IMG/VR virus record: IMGVR_UViG_3300037140_000076
Span: 32,001-96,000 of that record
DNA: 64,000 nucleotides
DNA from: a virus
Strand: one strand, 5' to 3'
A program made the translations under genes and the position numbers. Each line of letters starts with the position of its first letter. Position 1 is the stretch's first letter. The notes beneath the pieces are model-generated. The model saw nothing but the letters and a program-made list of their open reading frames with translations. It did no database searches and was not told where the DNA came from. Positions 20,825 to 30,854 of this stretch are shown here, piece after piece.

Positions 20825-22788
20825 TAGAACAATTTTAAATTCTGTGAATGTGGATCAATCGCGTCTATAATTTTTCTACAAGATTGAGTATAATATTTAT
20901 AATTTATGTTATATTCCTCCATTGGTTTATCCTGGAATATATTAAAGTAAGTTGTGTTCCACCCCTTCTCAATCTCTACAGTTCTTCCAGCAAGCTTGGC
21001 TTCCATCTTATACTGCTTTTTAAGAGATTTAAATTCTTTGGATACATAATACCGAACTACGGTTTCGTTTATAATATCTTTTTCAATCGTGTTGGTTTCA
21101 AAATCTACGTAATGTTCTACAAGATTAAAATCCTTTTTAACTTTCACCCCTCCACAGAAATCATAAATGTCCTTGCAGCTTTTTATGTAATCCTGAATAG
21201 GAACGTTGTTAACATAGAATGCTTCCAGGGCTTTGGGTATAACCAGGAAGGAGGGGTTCTTATGATATTCAAGTTCCTTGTCTTCCGGCTTCATTGAATA
21301 TGCAAAGAGGCCCTTTCTCTTTACTTTTCCTTTTTCATCAACAGCAAGATAGTTATTAACGTCCATAATAACAATCTTTTTATACATCTTATCTTCCAAA
21401 GCAAGTTTTGTATACACTTCCCACTTCTTCATACAGTCCTTAACGTTCTGTTCTTGTTCAACCGGATAACCAATCGTAACTCCATCTGTATTTATCTGGT
21501 AAAAAACAACTCCTTTTACTTTTATGCTTAATACTTCAGCAAGCATCAAAAGAAGAAGCTGACCATTAACAGTAATTGCAAACGTGTACTTCGGGTCATG
21601 TAAGTAATTATTAGGTTCCTTACTAAGCCCATAAGTTGCGTTAAGAATAATCTTAAATACCAAATTCTCAGGGTCTTCTTTTGGAATCTCCTGGCGCATC
21701 TTAAAAAGATTTTCATAAACGTCACAAAAGACCTCTGAAAGATGTTCGGGATATAATCTGTTTTTAATACCCAAGTTGGGATAGAAGGAAGTTACATCAA
21801 TATCTTTAATCTTCCAGGTCTCTGTGCTGTTGTATACCCCAGGCTTTGTACATCCATGTATACCGCCCAGGCCAGTAACTACTTCCTGGAGGTTGTGAAA
21901 CTTGAATTCCTTTTTTACCTTCTTTAATTGCATATTGTTCTCTTCGAACTTGTATGGATTAAATTCCAGGTCCTCATAAAACTTTTTAACTGCGTTGAGG
22001 ATGGGGTCCCTAAACTTAATATAGTCGAATAGGACATCTATTGTAGCAATCCTGCTGCGATATGTACGTTTCTCCTTCAAGTCCTTATAACGTATTCTCA
22101 TTGCTTCAGAAAGGAACTTTCCAAAGATGTCACGGGCCATGCGTGGCTCTGAAGCATTCATAAGATTTAGTTCATACTTTTCTGAGAGCTTAAATCTTAA
22201 ATCAGTTTCAAATTTGTTAAGTTCAAATAATCTATGAGTTGCATGAACATCGTTTGCATCGTATATAACAATCTGAGTTACCTGTTCCTGAGAAGTTATT
22301 TCTTCAGAGTGATGGATCGGCATTGATTCAATGTTTGGAAATCTCATTGTGAATTCCAACCACTTTAATGAACAACGTTTGCCCATTCCATCATAATGCT
22401 TCTGCTTATATATGTCAATGTGAGGGATGGTAAATTTCCATTCCGGGATAAGGTTCATCCATTTCTCTTCTCCTTCTTCAAGACCTATTATCCATTGAGC
22501 TTTTTCATGAAGTCTCCGGGCAATATCTTCTCCAGACCAGGATCTCAATTTTTTAAAATTGAACATCATGTATTCAAGTATCTGGCAGTCAAATCCGTTA
22601 CAATTGAATCCAACCAGGATATAATAATGGTCCTTTAGCTTCCTTAAGAACTTCATCATCTCAAAGAAGTCATTCTGGAAGGGACTTATTACAAAATACT
22701 TTTCCTTCTTCGTGGTCCAATCCATGAAGTACGCTGTGAAACAGTTTGCAAGAGTTTCTAAATCATATATGGTATAGCGTTCTTCCAT
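20824..22788 (-). CDS. DNA polymerase family B (crAss-like)
   Basis: YDLET exonuclease, DVTSFYPN, KIILNATYG, NTDG, DVNNY, KRKG. Confidence 0.93.
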   Translation of the reverse strand: MEERYTIYDLETLANCFTAYFMDWTTKKEKYFVISPFQNDFFEMMKFLRKLKDHYYILVGFNCNGFDCQILEYMMFNFKKLRSWSGEDIARRLHEKAQWIIGLEEGEEKWMNLIPEWKFTIPHIDIYKQKHYDGMGKRCSLKWLEFTMRFPNIESMPIHHSEEITSQEQVTQIVIYDANDVHATHRLFELNKFETDLRFKLSEKYELNLMNASEPRMARDIFGKFLSEAMRIRYKDLKEKRTYRSRIATIDVLFDYIKFRDPILNAVKKFYEDLEFNPYKFEENNMQLKKVKKEFKFHNLQEVVTGLGGIHGCTKPGVYNSTETWKIKDIDVTSFYPNLGIKNRLYPEHLSEVFCDVYENLFKMRQEIPKEDPENLVFKIILNATYGLSKEPNNYLHDPKYTFAITVNGQLLLLMLAEVLSIKVKGVVFYQINTDGVTIGYPVEQEQNVKDCMKKWEVYTKLALEDKMYKKIVIMDVNNYLAVDEKGKVKRKGLFAYSMKPEDKELEYHKNPSFLVIPKALEAFYVNNVPIQDYIKSCKDIYDFCGGVKVKKDFNLVEHYVDFETNTIEKDIINETVVRYYVSKEFKSLKKQYKMEAKLAGRTVEIEKGWNTTYFNIFQDKPMEEYNINYKYYTQSCRKIIDAIDPHSQNLKLF

Positions 22789-23161
22789 TAAATTTCACTT
22801 ATTTTTACTTTTATAGATATAGAAAAGTTAAAAAGAATTAAAAGACCATTAGTGAATCTTCCCGTTCCTGGGCCAATCCCCATCCATTTATATTCGTGGT
22901 TTTCTCTTGCATATAATAAAATCAATTGTCCATCCGTAGATGAAGGAGAAATTTCTGCACCCGAATTAAATTCATAAACTTCTTTAATTTTCATATTATT
23001 TATTTTTACGATTAAAATAAAAAGCCAATACCGAGACCCAGGAAAAGAATACAAAAAAGAAATTGAAAAGCAGTCCATCCTCTTCCGTTTCTTCATTAAG
23101 ATATAATGTTCCAGCATATAAACCTCCTAAGATATATAAAAAAAATAATACTTGTTCCATA

Positions 23162-24178
23162 TTATCTATTTAAAAAGTCTTGTATTGGTGCGCTTAATTC
23201 ACTATCTTCTAAAAGATCGGCATATTTCATTTTAGCATCTGCTCTTTTTTCTGCAAATCTATTCCTTGCTCCTTTCCCTAACCAGCTTTCAATTTCTCCT
23301 CTAATTAATTCTTCAGCTTTTTTAGGAGTAGTAACAATTGCATTGGCTTCGCATTTTTTTTCTCCTATAGTCCTTAAATAAGTTTTAACATAAGGAAGTC
23401 TATTATTTCTATGGAGAGGGGATGCTAAATTCTTACCTGATCCGGTAATTAGGTTGTCTATCCAAGTATATTTATTTTTTATGATAAAATCATAATTTAA
23501 TCCAAATCTTTTAATTTCCAAATTAGCCGGATCATATCCTGTTTCTCCATCTCCCCAATTAACTTCACTAACTTGTTCAAGGTTATTACGAAGCGTATCA
23601 CTTATACGCAATCCGTCCGGATCATGATCACCACAATATAAAAGTACACAAGTTAATCCTTTATATTCGGCTTCTTTAAATCTCCTGGCATATTCTGCAC
23701 GTTGCAGGATAGAACTCCATCCCTTTGCATTCGCTACAGGAATATGATACTGAGCACAAATAGGTTCAAATAGAGTTTTTAAATCTATTTTTTCAACAAG
23801 CATTTGTATATAATATTCTTCTCCCTCCCACCAATCAGGAGTATAATATCTATCACCTGTTAAGACATCGTTTAACATCCATGCAAGGATGTCTTCCATA
23901 CTTTTTCCGTCTTCAGAAGACGGTATCTCAACACCTGTAAACGCTCTGGCATCTTCTTCAGCTACAAAGTCAACAGGAAGTAATCCTTCCTTTCTACAGC
24001 GATTAACTGCTGAATCTACTTTGTCAAACTGGTCCTTATTTATATGACCCGCTTGTTCCATAAGATAACACCATCCCCTGGATGATACTTTAAACCCGAT
24101 TTTATAGCTCATCTCCTGAAGTAGATCCGCAAATTCTTGTAGAGTTTTTTTGGTAAACTTTTTATTAAAGTCAAACAT
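23162..24178 (-). CDS. Toprim-domain protein (topoisomerase VI-A-like)
   Basis: SSRGWCY, MLVEK, KGWSS, GDHDPDG, CEANA. Confidence 0.7.
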   Translation of the reverse strand: MFDFNKKFTKKTLQEFADLLQEMSYKIGFKVSSRGWCYLMEQAGHINKDQFDKVDSAVNRCRKEGLLPVDFVAEEDARAFTGVEIPSSEDGKSMEDILAWMLNDVLTGDRYYTPDWWEGEEYYIQMLVEKIDLKTLFEPICAQYHIPVANAKGWSSILQRAEYARRFKEAEYKGLTCVLLYCGDHDPDGLRISDTLRNNLEQVSEVNWGDGETGYDPANLEIKRFGLNYDFIIKNKYTWIDNLITGSGKNLASPLHRNNRLPYVKTYLRTIGEKKCEANAIVTTPKKAEELIRGEIESWLGKGARNRFAEKRADAKMKYADLLEDSELSAPIQDFLNR

Positions 24179-24644
24179 GATTTATTTTTTATTTAATAAT
24201 AAACTAATTCCTGCAAGACAGAAAATCATTCCTGTAATAATTTTTAAGTTAAACCAGTAATGAATTATTGGTACATAATAAGGCTCGGTTGTGAACTCAA
24301 GTATAATAAGTATAGGACCTAAAAAGAACAGAACAATAAGAAATATAAGTGCTGCTTTAGTTTTGATTTGTTTCATTCTGTTGGCTTTTTAGATATGTAA
24401 ATTCCAACAAACAACCATTCAATCTCCAAAGACTTGCTGTGGAAGTTTGCGTTTATAGCGGGGATGAATGCCCAGAAGTATGGATTAAAATCTACATCTA
24501 TAATAAATGATATTCTTTTCATACTAATAATTTAATGAGGGTCTGGGTCCAATCGCATCATGATTTATATATGCATTCACTATCAAGCAAATAACAAGAC
24601 TTGCAACTATCCCAAAAAAGATCCATCCCCAAAGCTTTTGTTCT

Positions 24645-25454
24645 TTATTTAGGTTTGCCATCTTTTTCCATTTTAGCTTTGAAGGATTCTAATTTATCTA
24701 AGGAGTCTTTACTGATAAAGGAATAATTTAGTCCAACAATTAAAGGTTCCACCAATCCCCTGGGGTAGAAGGGTTTGTTATCATATACATATTTCTCTGC
24801 TGCTGCTTTGGTAGGGAAGAAAGTATCATATGTAACAACGCTACTCTTCTGAATTTCAAAGGCCATTATCTCAAAATCTTCAGTAAACACAAACCAATAT
24901 TTATCTCCCTCAAACAGGTCCACATTCTTTCCATTCTCATCTTTTAAAGTGATTATGGGTTTGCGGAGGGGGATTTTTCTTAAATCAGAAATATCATCCC
25001 ACCCAATAACATCAGAATAATAAACTAGCCATGTTTTATTTTCACCTTTTATCTTATCTGGGCGTACTTTATATTCAAATGATTTTATAACATGTTTATA
25101 GACTTCGGTTTTGTTAGTAACTTTTTCCCCCACACTCCATTCCACTCCATTTACTGAAATGGTGTGGATTGTTATATCGCGTAAATTCATATAAGCTTCA
25201 ACATATTCCTCATAGGAAATATTTTCCTCATTAAAAGGAAAAATTCTTCCACCGCTGGCTTTAAACGAAACTATTCCCGGAAGAACTTCTTCTTCATATA
25301 CTGGTTCATAAGTTTCTGGATATTGTTCTAACTTTAGAGTTCCCATAATAGTAGAATCAATAGCTATATTCATAGGATTCTTTTTATATATTTCTCCCTT
25401 CTTTACAAAAGGACCATTTACTTTTCCTACGTAATGTTTGATTTTCTTGCTCAT
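24645..25454 (-). CDS. hypothetical protein
   Basis: 269-aa ORF in operon. Confidence 0.7.
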   Translation of the reverse strand: MSKKIKHYVGKVNGPFVKKGEIYKKNPMNIAIDSTIMGTLKLEQYPETYEPVYEEEVLPGIVSFKASGGRIFPFNEENISYEEYVEAYMNLRDITIHTISVNGVEWSVGEKVTNKTEVYKHVIKSFEYKVRPDKIKGENKTWLVYYSDVIGWDDISDLRKIPLRKPIITLKDENGKNVDLFEGDKYWFVFTEDFEIMAFEIQKSSVVTYDTFFPTKAAAEKYVYDNKPFYPRGLVEPLIVGLNYSFISKDSLDKLESFKAKMEKDGKPK

Positions 25455-25780
25455 AAATTCTCAAATTTTAATATTAAAAATGATTGTAATTCGGAAATTA
25501 AAATATTCCACTGGGCCTGGGTAAGGTCGGTAGTGGAAATCTCTTCTTTAAATAACTCTACGAACAGTTCGCTTTTCACAAGATCATGCAGCATGTCCTT
25601 GGTCCACCCGGTATCATAACTCCATTCCCCCAACTGGGCAAAATAGAGTTTCTGGAAATCCCTTGTAGTTCCATTATGCTGCTTAATAAGGCACAAAATA
25701 TAATCTCCATCAGTCATATGACTAACGGAGCGGTTAAATAGCTTACCATCCTTTATTTTTGCGTTACAATAGTATGGCAT
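25451..25780 (-). CDS. NinB/Orf-like recombination protein
   Basis: QKLYFA...TGWTKDMLHDLVK...STTDLT..W...I. Confidence 0.55.
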   Translation of the reverse strand: MPYYCNAKIKDGKLFNRSVSHMTDGDYILCLIKQHNGTTRDFQKLYFAQLGEWSYDTGWTKDMLHDLVKSELFVELFKEEISTTDLTQAQWNILISELQSFLILKFENL

Positions 25781-26263
25781 TATTTTTTAGGGCGATTTAT
25801 AACTCTTAAAAGTAATCCTTTTGTCTTTAACAGTCTCCTCAAAAGAGTGATCTTTTGGGAGGGGGTGGTTGTGACATCATCATTTATCTTCACTGCTTTA
25901 CGTGAAAAGATTGTATTAAAATAAATACCGTCTTTTGAATTTAAAAACTGTATTTTTTTCTTTACTTCGCAGGGAGTAGATGCATTTAATATATCTTTTA
26001 TAGAACATCCTAATTGTAAAGAAAATTGTCCTAAACAACATTCATATCCTTCTTTATTAAGTAATCTAGTAAATCCTATTCCTAGTTGGTTCCTTGAACC
26101 AACCTATCCCCCACTCCTCCATTTTGAATAATCCAGTGTTAATGTTTTCATTGTTTTTATTTTAGTTAAAAGAAAAGAAAGCTCGAAGATTTTAGCATCT
26201 AAATCCCGACAGTTTTCGATGACACTTTCTTACTGTCCTTTTATAGTAGGACAAACACATAGT

Positions 26264-26992
26264 TTATACTAAATCAAATTCCTTTACCAGGAAATCGTTT
26301 AGTTGAATATGTTGTTTCAGATAAAGAGAAGGATGTGCATCTTTCAGAGCAACCGTAACGTTGTTGAAACTATTCCACAGCGTTCCTTCAATCCCGTAAT
26401 TGAAAGAGGGATTCTCAATCTCTCTTTTTATAATTCCAAGCTGAGTATCTGTGATTAGGGCTTCTTCGATAAAGAGCCTTCCCATAAGTTCGGAAGTAGT
26501 TCTCTTTGTCATTTCGATCTCCTTCATTCTTTCACGTTGATACTGGAGCCTTTTAAAGGTATCACCAGCTTTAGCGATATGACCCTGCATTTGATCAATG
26601 AATTCCTGGAGGACCGTTCCGGTATGTCTTCGTTTGAAGGCACCCATATCTCCGATTACCATACCATTTTCACACACAATAACGTGGCCTCCCATAGCTA
26701 TACGCAAAGGCATTGTTTTGTTGTAAGAGTTATGGAACATTAGACTGATGTTCATTTGTGAATCACCATGTTGAAGTTGGTAACGGCCTATCACCTGTTT
26801 ACAATCCATTGCGGTATTGTACTGTTCGCTTAAAACTACGATACCAGCCTTATCCAGCCCTTCCAGGACTGTATTAATGACTATACCATGTGGAACCGGT
26901 GCATAAGACTCGGTTGCCAGGGGAAGAGGTGTGGCAATGATTTCAGCCCGGAGTACCCCTGCTGGCAATTGGGAAGAAAGAAATTTTGACAT
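26264..26992 (-). CDS. DUF932-family phage protein
   Basis: YAPVPH, NSYNKT, VCENGM, RRHTG, LWNSFNNVT. Confidence 0.8.
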   Translation of the reverse strand: MSKFLSSQLPAGVLRAEIIATPLPLATESYAPVPHGIVINTVLEGLDKAGIVVLSEQYNTAMDCKQVIGRYQLQHGDSQMNISLMFHNSYNKTMPLRIAMGGHVIVCENGMVIGDMGAFKRRHTGTVLQEFIDQMQGHIAKAGDTFKRLQYQRERMKEIEMTKRTTSELMGRLFIEEALITDTQLGIIKREIENPSFNYGIEGTLWNSFNNVTVALKDAHPSLYLKQHIQLNDFLVKEFDLV

Positions 26993-27302
26993 AATTGTTG
27001 ATTTTGGGTGATGAATTAGAGCAAAGATAACATAGTTTTCCTATATAACAAGAAATGTTAAAGAAATTAACAATATAATAGGTTAAAAAGATAGGACCTC
27101 AGACTCAATACGAGCCTCATGACGGACCTTTGGAGGGCGGGAAGGGATTATATCCACTTTGGAGTAGATAGGCTCGTCCTTGGCAGATTTATAGCCAAAG
27201 AAGAACACCATACAGGTAAAGATACCCAGGCCAAGGAGGATGAAGGGGACAAGGGGGAAGGATAGAACTATCCAAACCCCGGTAATTGCGTTGTTGAGTT
27301 TT

Positions 27303-27737
27303 TTATTTCTCATATTGTTTTTTTAGTTTTAAAGTATATTCTTTGATTTTTGGAACCAGGTCCAAATTGTTCTCGGCCTTTGTATGCGTTTCCCAAGATA
27401 CTAATATGATGTTCCACTTCTCATATCTAAATTGTGGGTATGCTGATTTTCGTTTGCCCAGGACATGATGGAAGTATAACGTTAACGGCTCCCCGTATAT
27501 CGGTTCTCCTGTCTCAAAGTCTATGTGTGGTCGTTCATTCCAAATCTCAGCAAATAAAAGTCTATCCTTCTGAGTTAGCTTCGCTCTCTCTCCCAAGATT
27601 ACGCTTTGGTTTTTGCTTACTTTCCGGATAGATTTAGTTCTGTTTAGAGAATACCCTGTTTTACGTTGATGATAAATACAATATCCTTTTGAAAATACAG
27701 GATTATTACATTCTTTATATTGACAGGTCTTAGGCAT
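27303..27737 (-). CDS. Zn-finger/HNH-like protein
   Basis: C..C.N...GYC..H N-terminus; FHHVLGK...NIILV...H. Confidence 0.6.
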   Translation of the reverse strand: MPKTCQYKECNNPVFSKGYCIYHQRKTGYSLNRTKSIRKVSKNQSVILGERAKLTQKDRLLFAEIWNERPHIDFETGEPIYGEPLTLYFHHVLGKRKSAYPQFRYEKWNIILVSWETHTKAENNLDLVPKIKEYTLKLKKQYEK

Positions 27738-27740
27738 TCG

Positions 27741-28292
27741 TTATGCTGCTTTTTTTACTGGATATTCAGAATCGTTTTCTAACAGTTTATCCTTAGCAAA
27801 ATCAAATGTATAACCTGTTTTATCCTTAGCGGTATAATAAGCATATCCTTTCAACTTCTGATCTACTGGAATGTTATAGGTGTCCTTAAGGAGATTACGA
27901 AGCACTCTTTTTATGTTAAGGTTTTCGATTGGAGTCTCAGTTGTTAATTCTAGCTCCTCTACGTGACTTCCTTTTCCAAGATTAATGGTGATCGTATAAA
28001 TAAGTTTCAATTTGCTTCTTTTCTTAACGTGGAACTTTCCTTTGATCTTTTTATAGTCAAGATATTTGTAGAACATGTCTCCCAGGTGGAATGAAGGTTT
28101 CCTTATCTTCTTTGAAGCTATAGGGGTAGCAGGTGCCACAGCGGGTAATTCCGTTTCTTCTAAAGTAAATTCATGATCTACTTTCATATCAAGATCAGTT
28201 TTTACTTTTAACTTTTCCATCAATTCTTTTACTTCATCCTCTGTACTAATGTTCTGTTTTGTTCTTGACATATTGATAGTTTTTAATTTCAA
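27741..28292 (-). CDS. hypothetical protein
   Basis: 183-aa ORF; real start probably MSRTK. Confidence 0.6.
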   Translation of the reverse strand: MKLKTINMSRTKQNISTEDEVKELMEKLKVKTDLDMKVDHEFTLEETELPAVAPATPIASKKIRKPSFHLGDMFYKYLDYKKIKGKFHVKKRSKLKLIYTITINLGKGSHVEELELTTETPIENLNIKRVLRNLLKDTYNIPVDQKLKGYAYYTAKDKTGYTFDFAKDKLLENDSEYPVKKAA

Positions 28293-28322
28293 AAAAAAGG
28301 CCCAATATAGAAATACCGGGCC
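28291..28322 (-). terminator. intrinsic terminator after tmRNA
   Basis: minus strand GGCCCGGTAT-ttct-ATATTGGGCC followed by T8. Confidence 0.8.
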
Positions 28323-28347
28323 AATACTTATTTCTAAGGTTTGTCAG

Positions 28348-28705
28348 TGGACTAGTCGGAATTCGAATCCGAGTCTTCAATACAAAAAATCTTACTTTTC
28401 TTTATAGGTTTAGGATAACGATTTAATCTTACTACCGTTCCAAAAGAATTTTCCTACCCTCCACCACTCGGTTTAGGTCCGAGAACCATGCTACACCAGC
28501 CATTTTCTGTTTCAAGGTATGACTACCCATGCATCAAGCTAATTCCAGTTCTTCACTGAAAACCGAAGCGAGTATCGCTTCTCCTTCTGCAATACGTTCA
28601 GCTTTAGACTTTACGTTTGTTTGTTGCATATTTATTAAGGATGTTATATACTGCATCCACCTAAAATAAAACCTTTCAATACTGAATCAATAGCCTTTCT
28701 AGCCC
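28348..28705 (-). ncRNA. ssrA: tmRNA
   Basis: 5' GGGCTAG pairs with 3' CTAGTCC-A including a G3:U70 alanine identity pair; T-arm TCGG-ATTCGAATT-CCGA preceded by GAC; 358 nt; internal ORF ending ELELA-stop. Confidence 0.9.
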
Positions 28706-28710
28706 ATAAA

Positions 28711-28902
28711 TTAAAATAGTAGAGAGTCAAAGAGGTACGGATACGTGAAGACTATATTTCCCAATCTTTATAGTTATTTCCCGTTGCAACAGTAATAACA
28801 CCTCCAGTTTGTCGGAAGCTTTTTTGATTGGTACATCTCGGACACCGTTTCGACCACGCCCATGATCAGTGGGTTTGTGCGGTTCTTCATCTACTATTTT
28901 AA
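28711..28902 (-). ncRNA. unclassified ~190-nt structured RNA
   Basis: 13-bp terminal inverted repeat TTAAAATAGTAGA/TCTACTATTTTAA enclosing several hairpins; no ORF. Confidence 0.5.
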
Positions 28903-29061
28903 AAAAGTTAAAAAATAAGTCCCTTTCCCTTCACTATCCCAGGGTGGTTAATAAGGACTTATTTTTACGTACGCTGTTTTAGGCTACAGATACCTCATAC
29001 GTAACCATTGCCGTTAGAATATAGACCGATTTATGATACTATACAACGGTTGGATTTTTCG

Positions 29062-29131
29062 AACATCCAAGAGGAATCGAACCCCTGCTTCACCCTACAC
29101 GGGTGCGTCCTCCCACTAGACCATAGATGTT
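29062..29131 (-). tRNA. tRNA-like element with aberrant anticodon loop (identity undetermined)
   Basis: acceptor AACATCTA/TGGATGTT, D-arm, T-arm AGGGG-TTCGATT-CCTCT; anticodon arm CACCC-GTGTA-GGGTG. Confidence 0.5.
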
Positions 29132-29180
29132 GCCATAAACACGTTATTCGGAACACAAAGATAAGTAACTTTTTTGAAAC

Positions 29181-29720
29181 TTACAAATATTTAAATTTAT
29201 ATCCAAATGCGTGTTTTTCAAGACCATTTAAAACATGCCAAATAGTTGATTGTCTTATTTTTAATTGTCTTGAAGCTTCCCTTTGAGAAATAAATTTTAT
29301 TTTTTTGTTTTTAGGAGATATAACTAAAATCTTAGTTGGTTTATTTCCCATGACTTTTTTCAATATATCCCTTGCATGTTGTATATTTTGTTGCCTTGTA
29401 CACCATTCAAGCTGAGAGGCCCGGTTATCAAGTTTATTTCCTTTCTTATGATTTATATCAAATCCTTTTTTATATCCTTTTACAAAATGTTTTCCAACTA
29501 ATATATGAACCTGGATTTTAGTAGATTTTCCATTTTTGGTTAAATCTAATTGTAAGTATCCTTTAGCATTTGGAGAAAGAATTCTATTTCTTCCCTTAAA
29601 TTTTTGTAAAATTCCATGTTTGGTTTTTATTATTCTATCAAGAGATTTAATATTACCATAATTACTTATTTGATAATAACCTTTGTATCCTTTTATATCT
29701 TTCCATTCTTTTTTCCTCAT
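29181..29720 (-). CDS. NUMOD4-HNH homing endonuclease
   Basis: WKDIKGYKGYYQISNYG, INHKKGNKLDNRASQLEWCT. Confidence 0.92.
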   Translation of the reverse strand: MRKKEWKDIKGYKGYYQISNYGNIKSLDRIIKTKHGILQKFKGRNRILSPNAKGYLQLDLTKNGKSTKIQVHILVGKHFVKGYKKGFDINHKKGNKLDNRASQLEWCTRQQNIQHARDILKKVMGNKPTKILVISPKNKKIKFISQREASRQLKIRQSTIWHVLNGLEKHAFGYKFKYL

Positions 29721-30247
29721 AGTTCAGATAATATTATTTTTTGCTCATCAAGATGAAATTTACCAAAGTGTTGTTTTACACATGCTTGATAAATTATTTC
29801 TGATTTAAGAACTTTAGTATACATAATCCAATCTGCACTTGTTCCTGTTAAATAATCTTTACTTAATCCAATCTGTTCATAATAAGCTTTGACTTCATCT
29901 TCTACAGTAAATTCAAACTTATAACGAGCATGAATATAATCATGGATTGCGCGAAACATTAGATTATAAACTGGACCCCAAAGTTCACTATCATTTCCTG
30001 ATACATTAACCTTAATTCTTCCTTTATTAAAGTCAGGAAGAACTTCCTGAATTGATTCATAGTTATAAGGATCATCCTTAGTAAAGTCAAAATGAACAGT
30101 ATGACTTAATGAATCAAACATTTTACAAATCAAAGTTCTGAATTGAATTCTTTGAAATTCACTTATAATATTAATTTCATTATCAGCAGTTACGTATCCT
30201 TCTGCAATTCTTTTAATTGCGTTAGGTCTTAAGAAATAATTATCCAT
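29717..30247 (-). CDS. conserved phage hypothetical protein
   Basis: NLMFRAIHDYIH...EDE. Confidence 0.7.
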   Translation of the reverse strand: MDNYFLRPNAIKRIAEGYVTADNEINIISEFQRIQFRTLICKMFDSLSHTVHFDFTKDDPYNYESIQEVLPDFNKGRIKVNVSGNDSELWGPVYNLMFRAIHDYIHARYKFEFTVEDEVKAYYEQIGLSKDYLTGTSADWIMYTKVLKSEIIYQACVKQHFGKFHLDEQKIILSEL

Positions 30248-30252
30248 ATAAA

Positions 30253-30726
30253 TTAATTTTTAACTCCGCTATCAATTGCTGAATCACAAATCCAAGCCCA
30301 ATCGGTTGAATTTTTGTAACCCATTAATATGATAGTAGAAAAATTTTCTTTTATCTGATCCTTTATTCTAAAATATTCAGTCTTGTCATAAGTTTTAGAG
30401 GTTCCAACGTCTGTACTACAATAAACATATAGGTAATAAGCAAAACCATTATCCTCATTAACTTTGTTTTCAGCATAAACCGTAAAGGTTGTTACACCTG
30501 TATAGTTATCCTTTGAATCAAATTTTGCATAAACATTAGTTGCTGTGTTTCCTGTCTTGTAAAAATAGAAAGTAGCGTTTGTTTGTTCCCATACATTACT
30601 CCAGTTTGCATCTGAATCATCTTTGTGACAGATTTTACTAGCGTGAAGGGTGGTGGTGAGAGATTGAGATTTAACTCCTGTGATTGCGATCATAATGATG
30701 GCAATTAGTAACATGATCTTTTTCAT
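30253..30726 (-). CDS. secreted protein
   Basis: Bacteroidota-type signal peptide MKKIMLL...VKSQ. Confidence 0.7.
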   Translation of the reverse strand: MKKIMLLIAIIMIAITGVKSQSLTTTLHASKICHKDDSDANWSNVWEQTNATFYFYKTGNTATNVYAKFDSKDNYTGVTTFTVYAENKVNEDNGFAYYLYVYCSTDVGTSKTYDKTEYFRIKDQIKENFSTIILMGYKNSTDWAWICDSAIDSGVKN

Positions 30727-30854
30727 TTGTGTTTGTTGTTTGTTTTTAATTTAAAATAATGCATAACCTATTAAAGCAATAGCTTCTAATAATAAAAATA
30801 ATCCAATTGTAAGGAATGGATGCCTCTGCCAAAAACTGTATGGATTCCTCATAA

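Noticed and set aside
20824-22788. Inteins or introns in the polymerase (also checked RecA and TerL)
   Set aside because: Lengths are ordinary, motifs are contiguous, and no intein splice motifs were seen.
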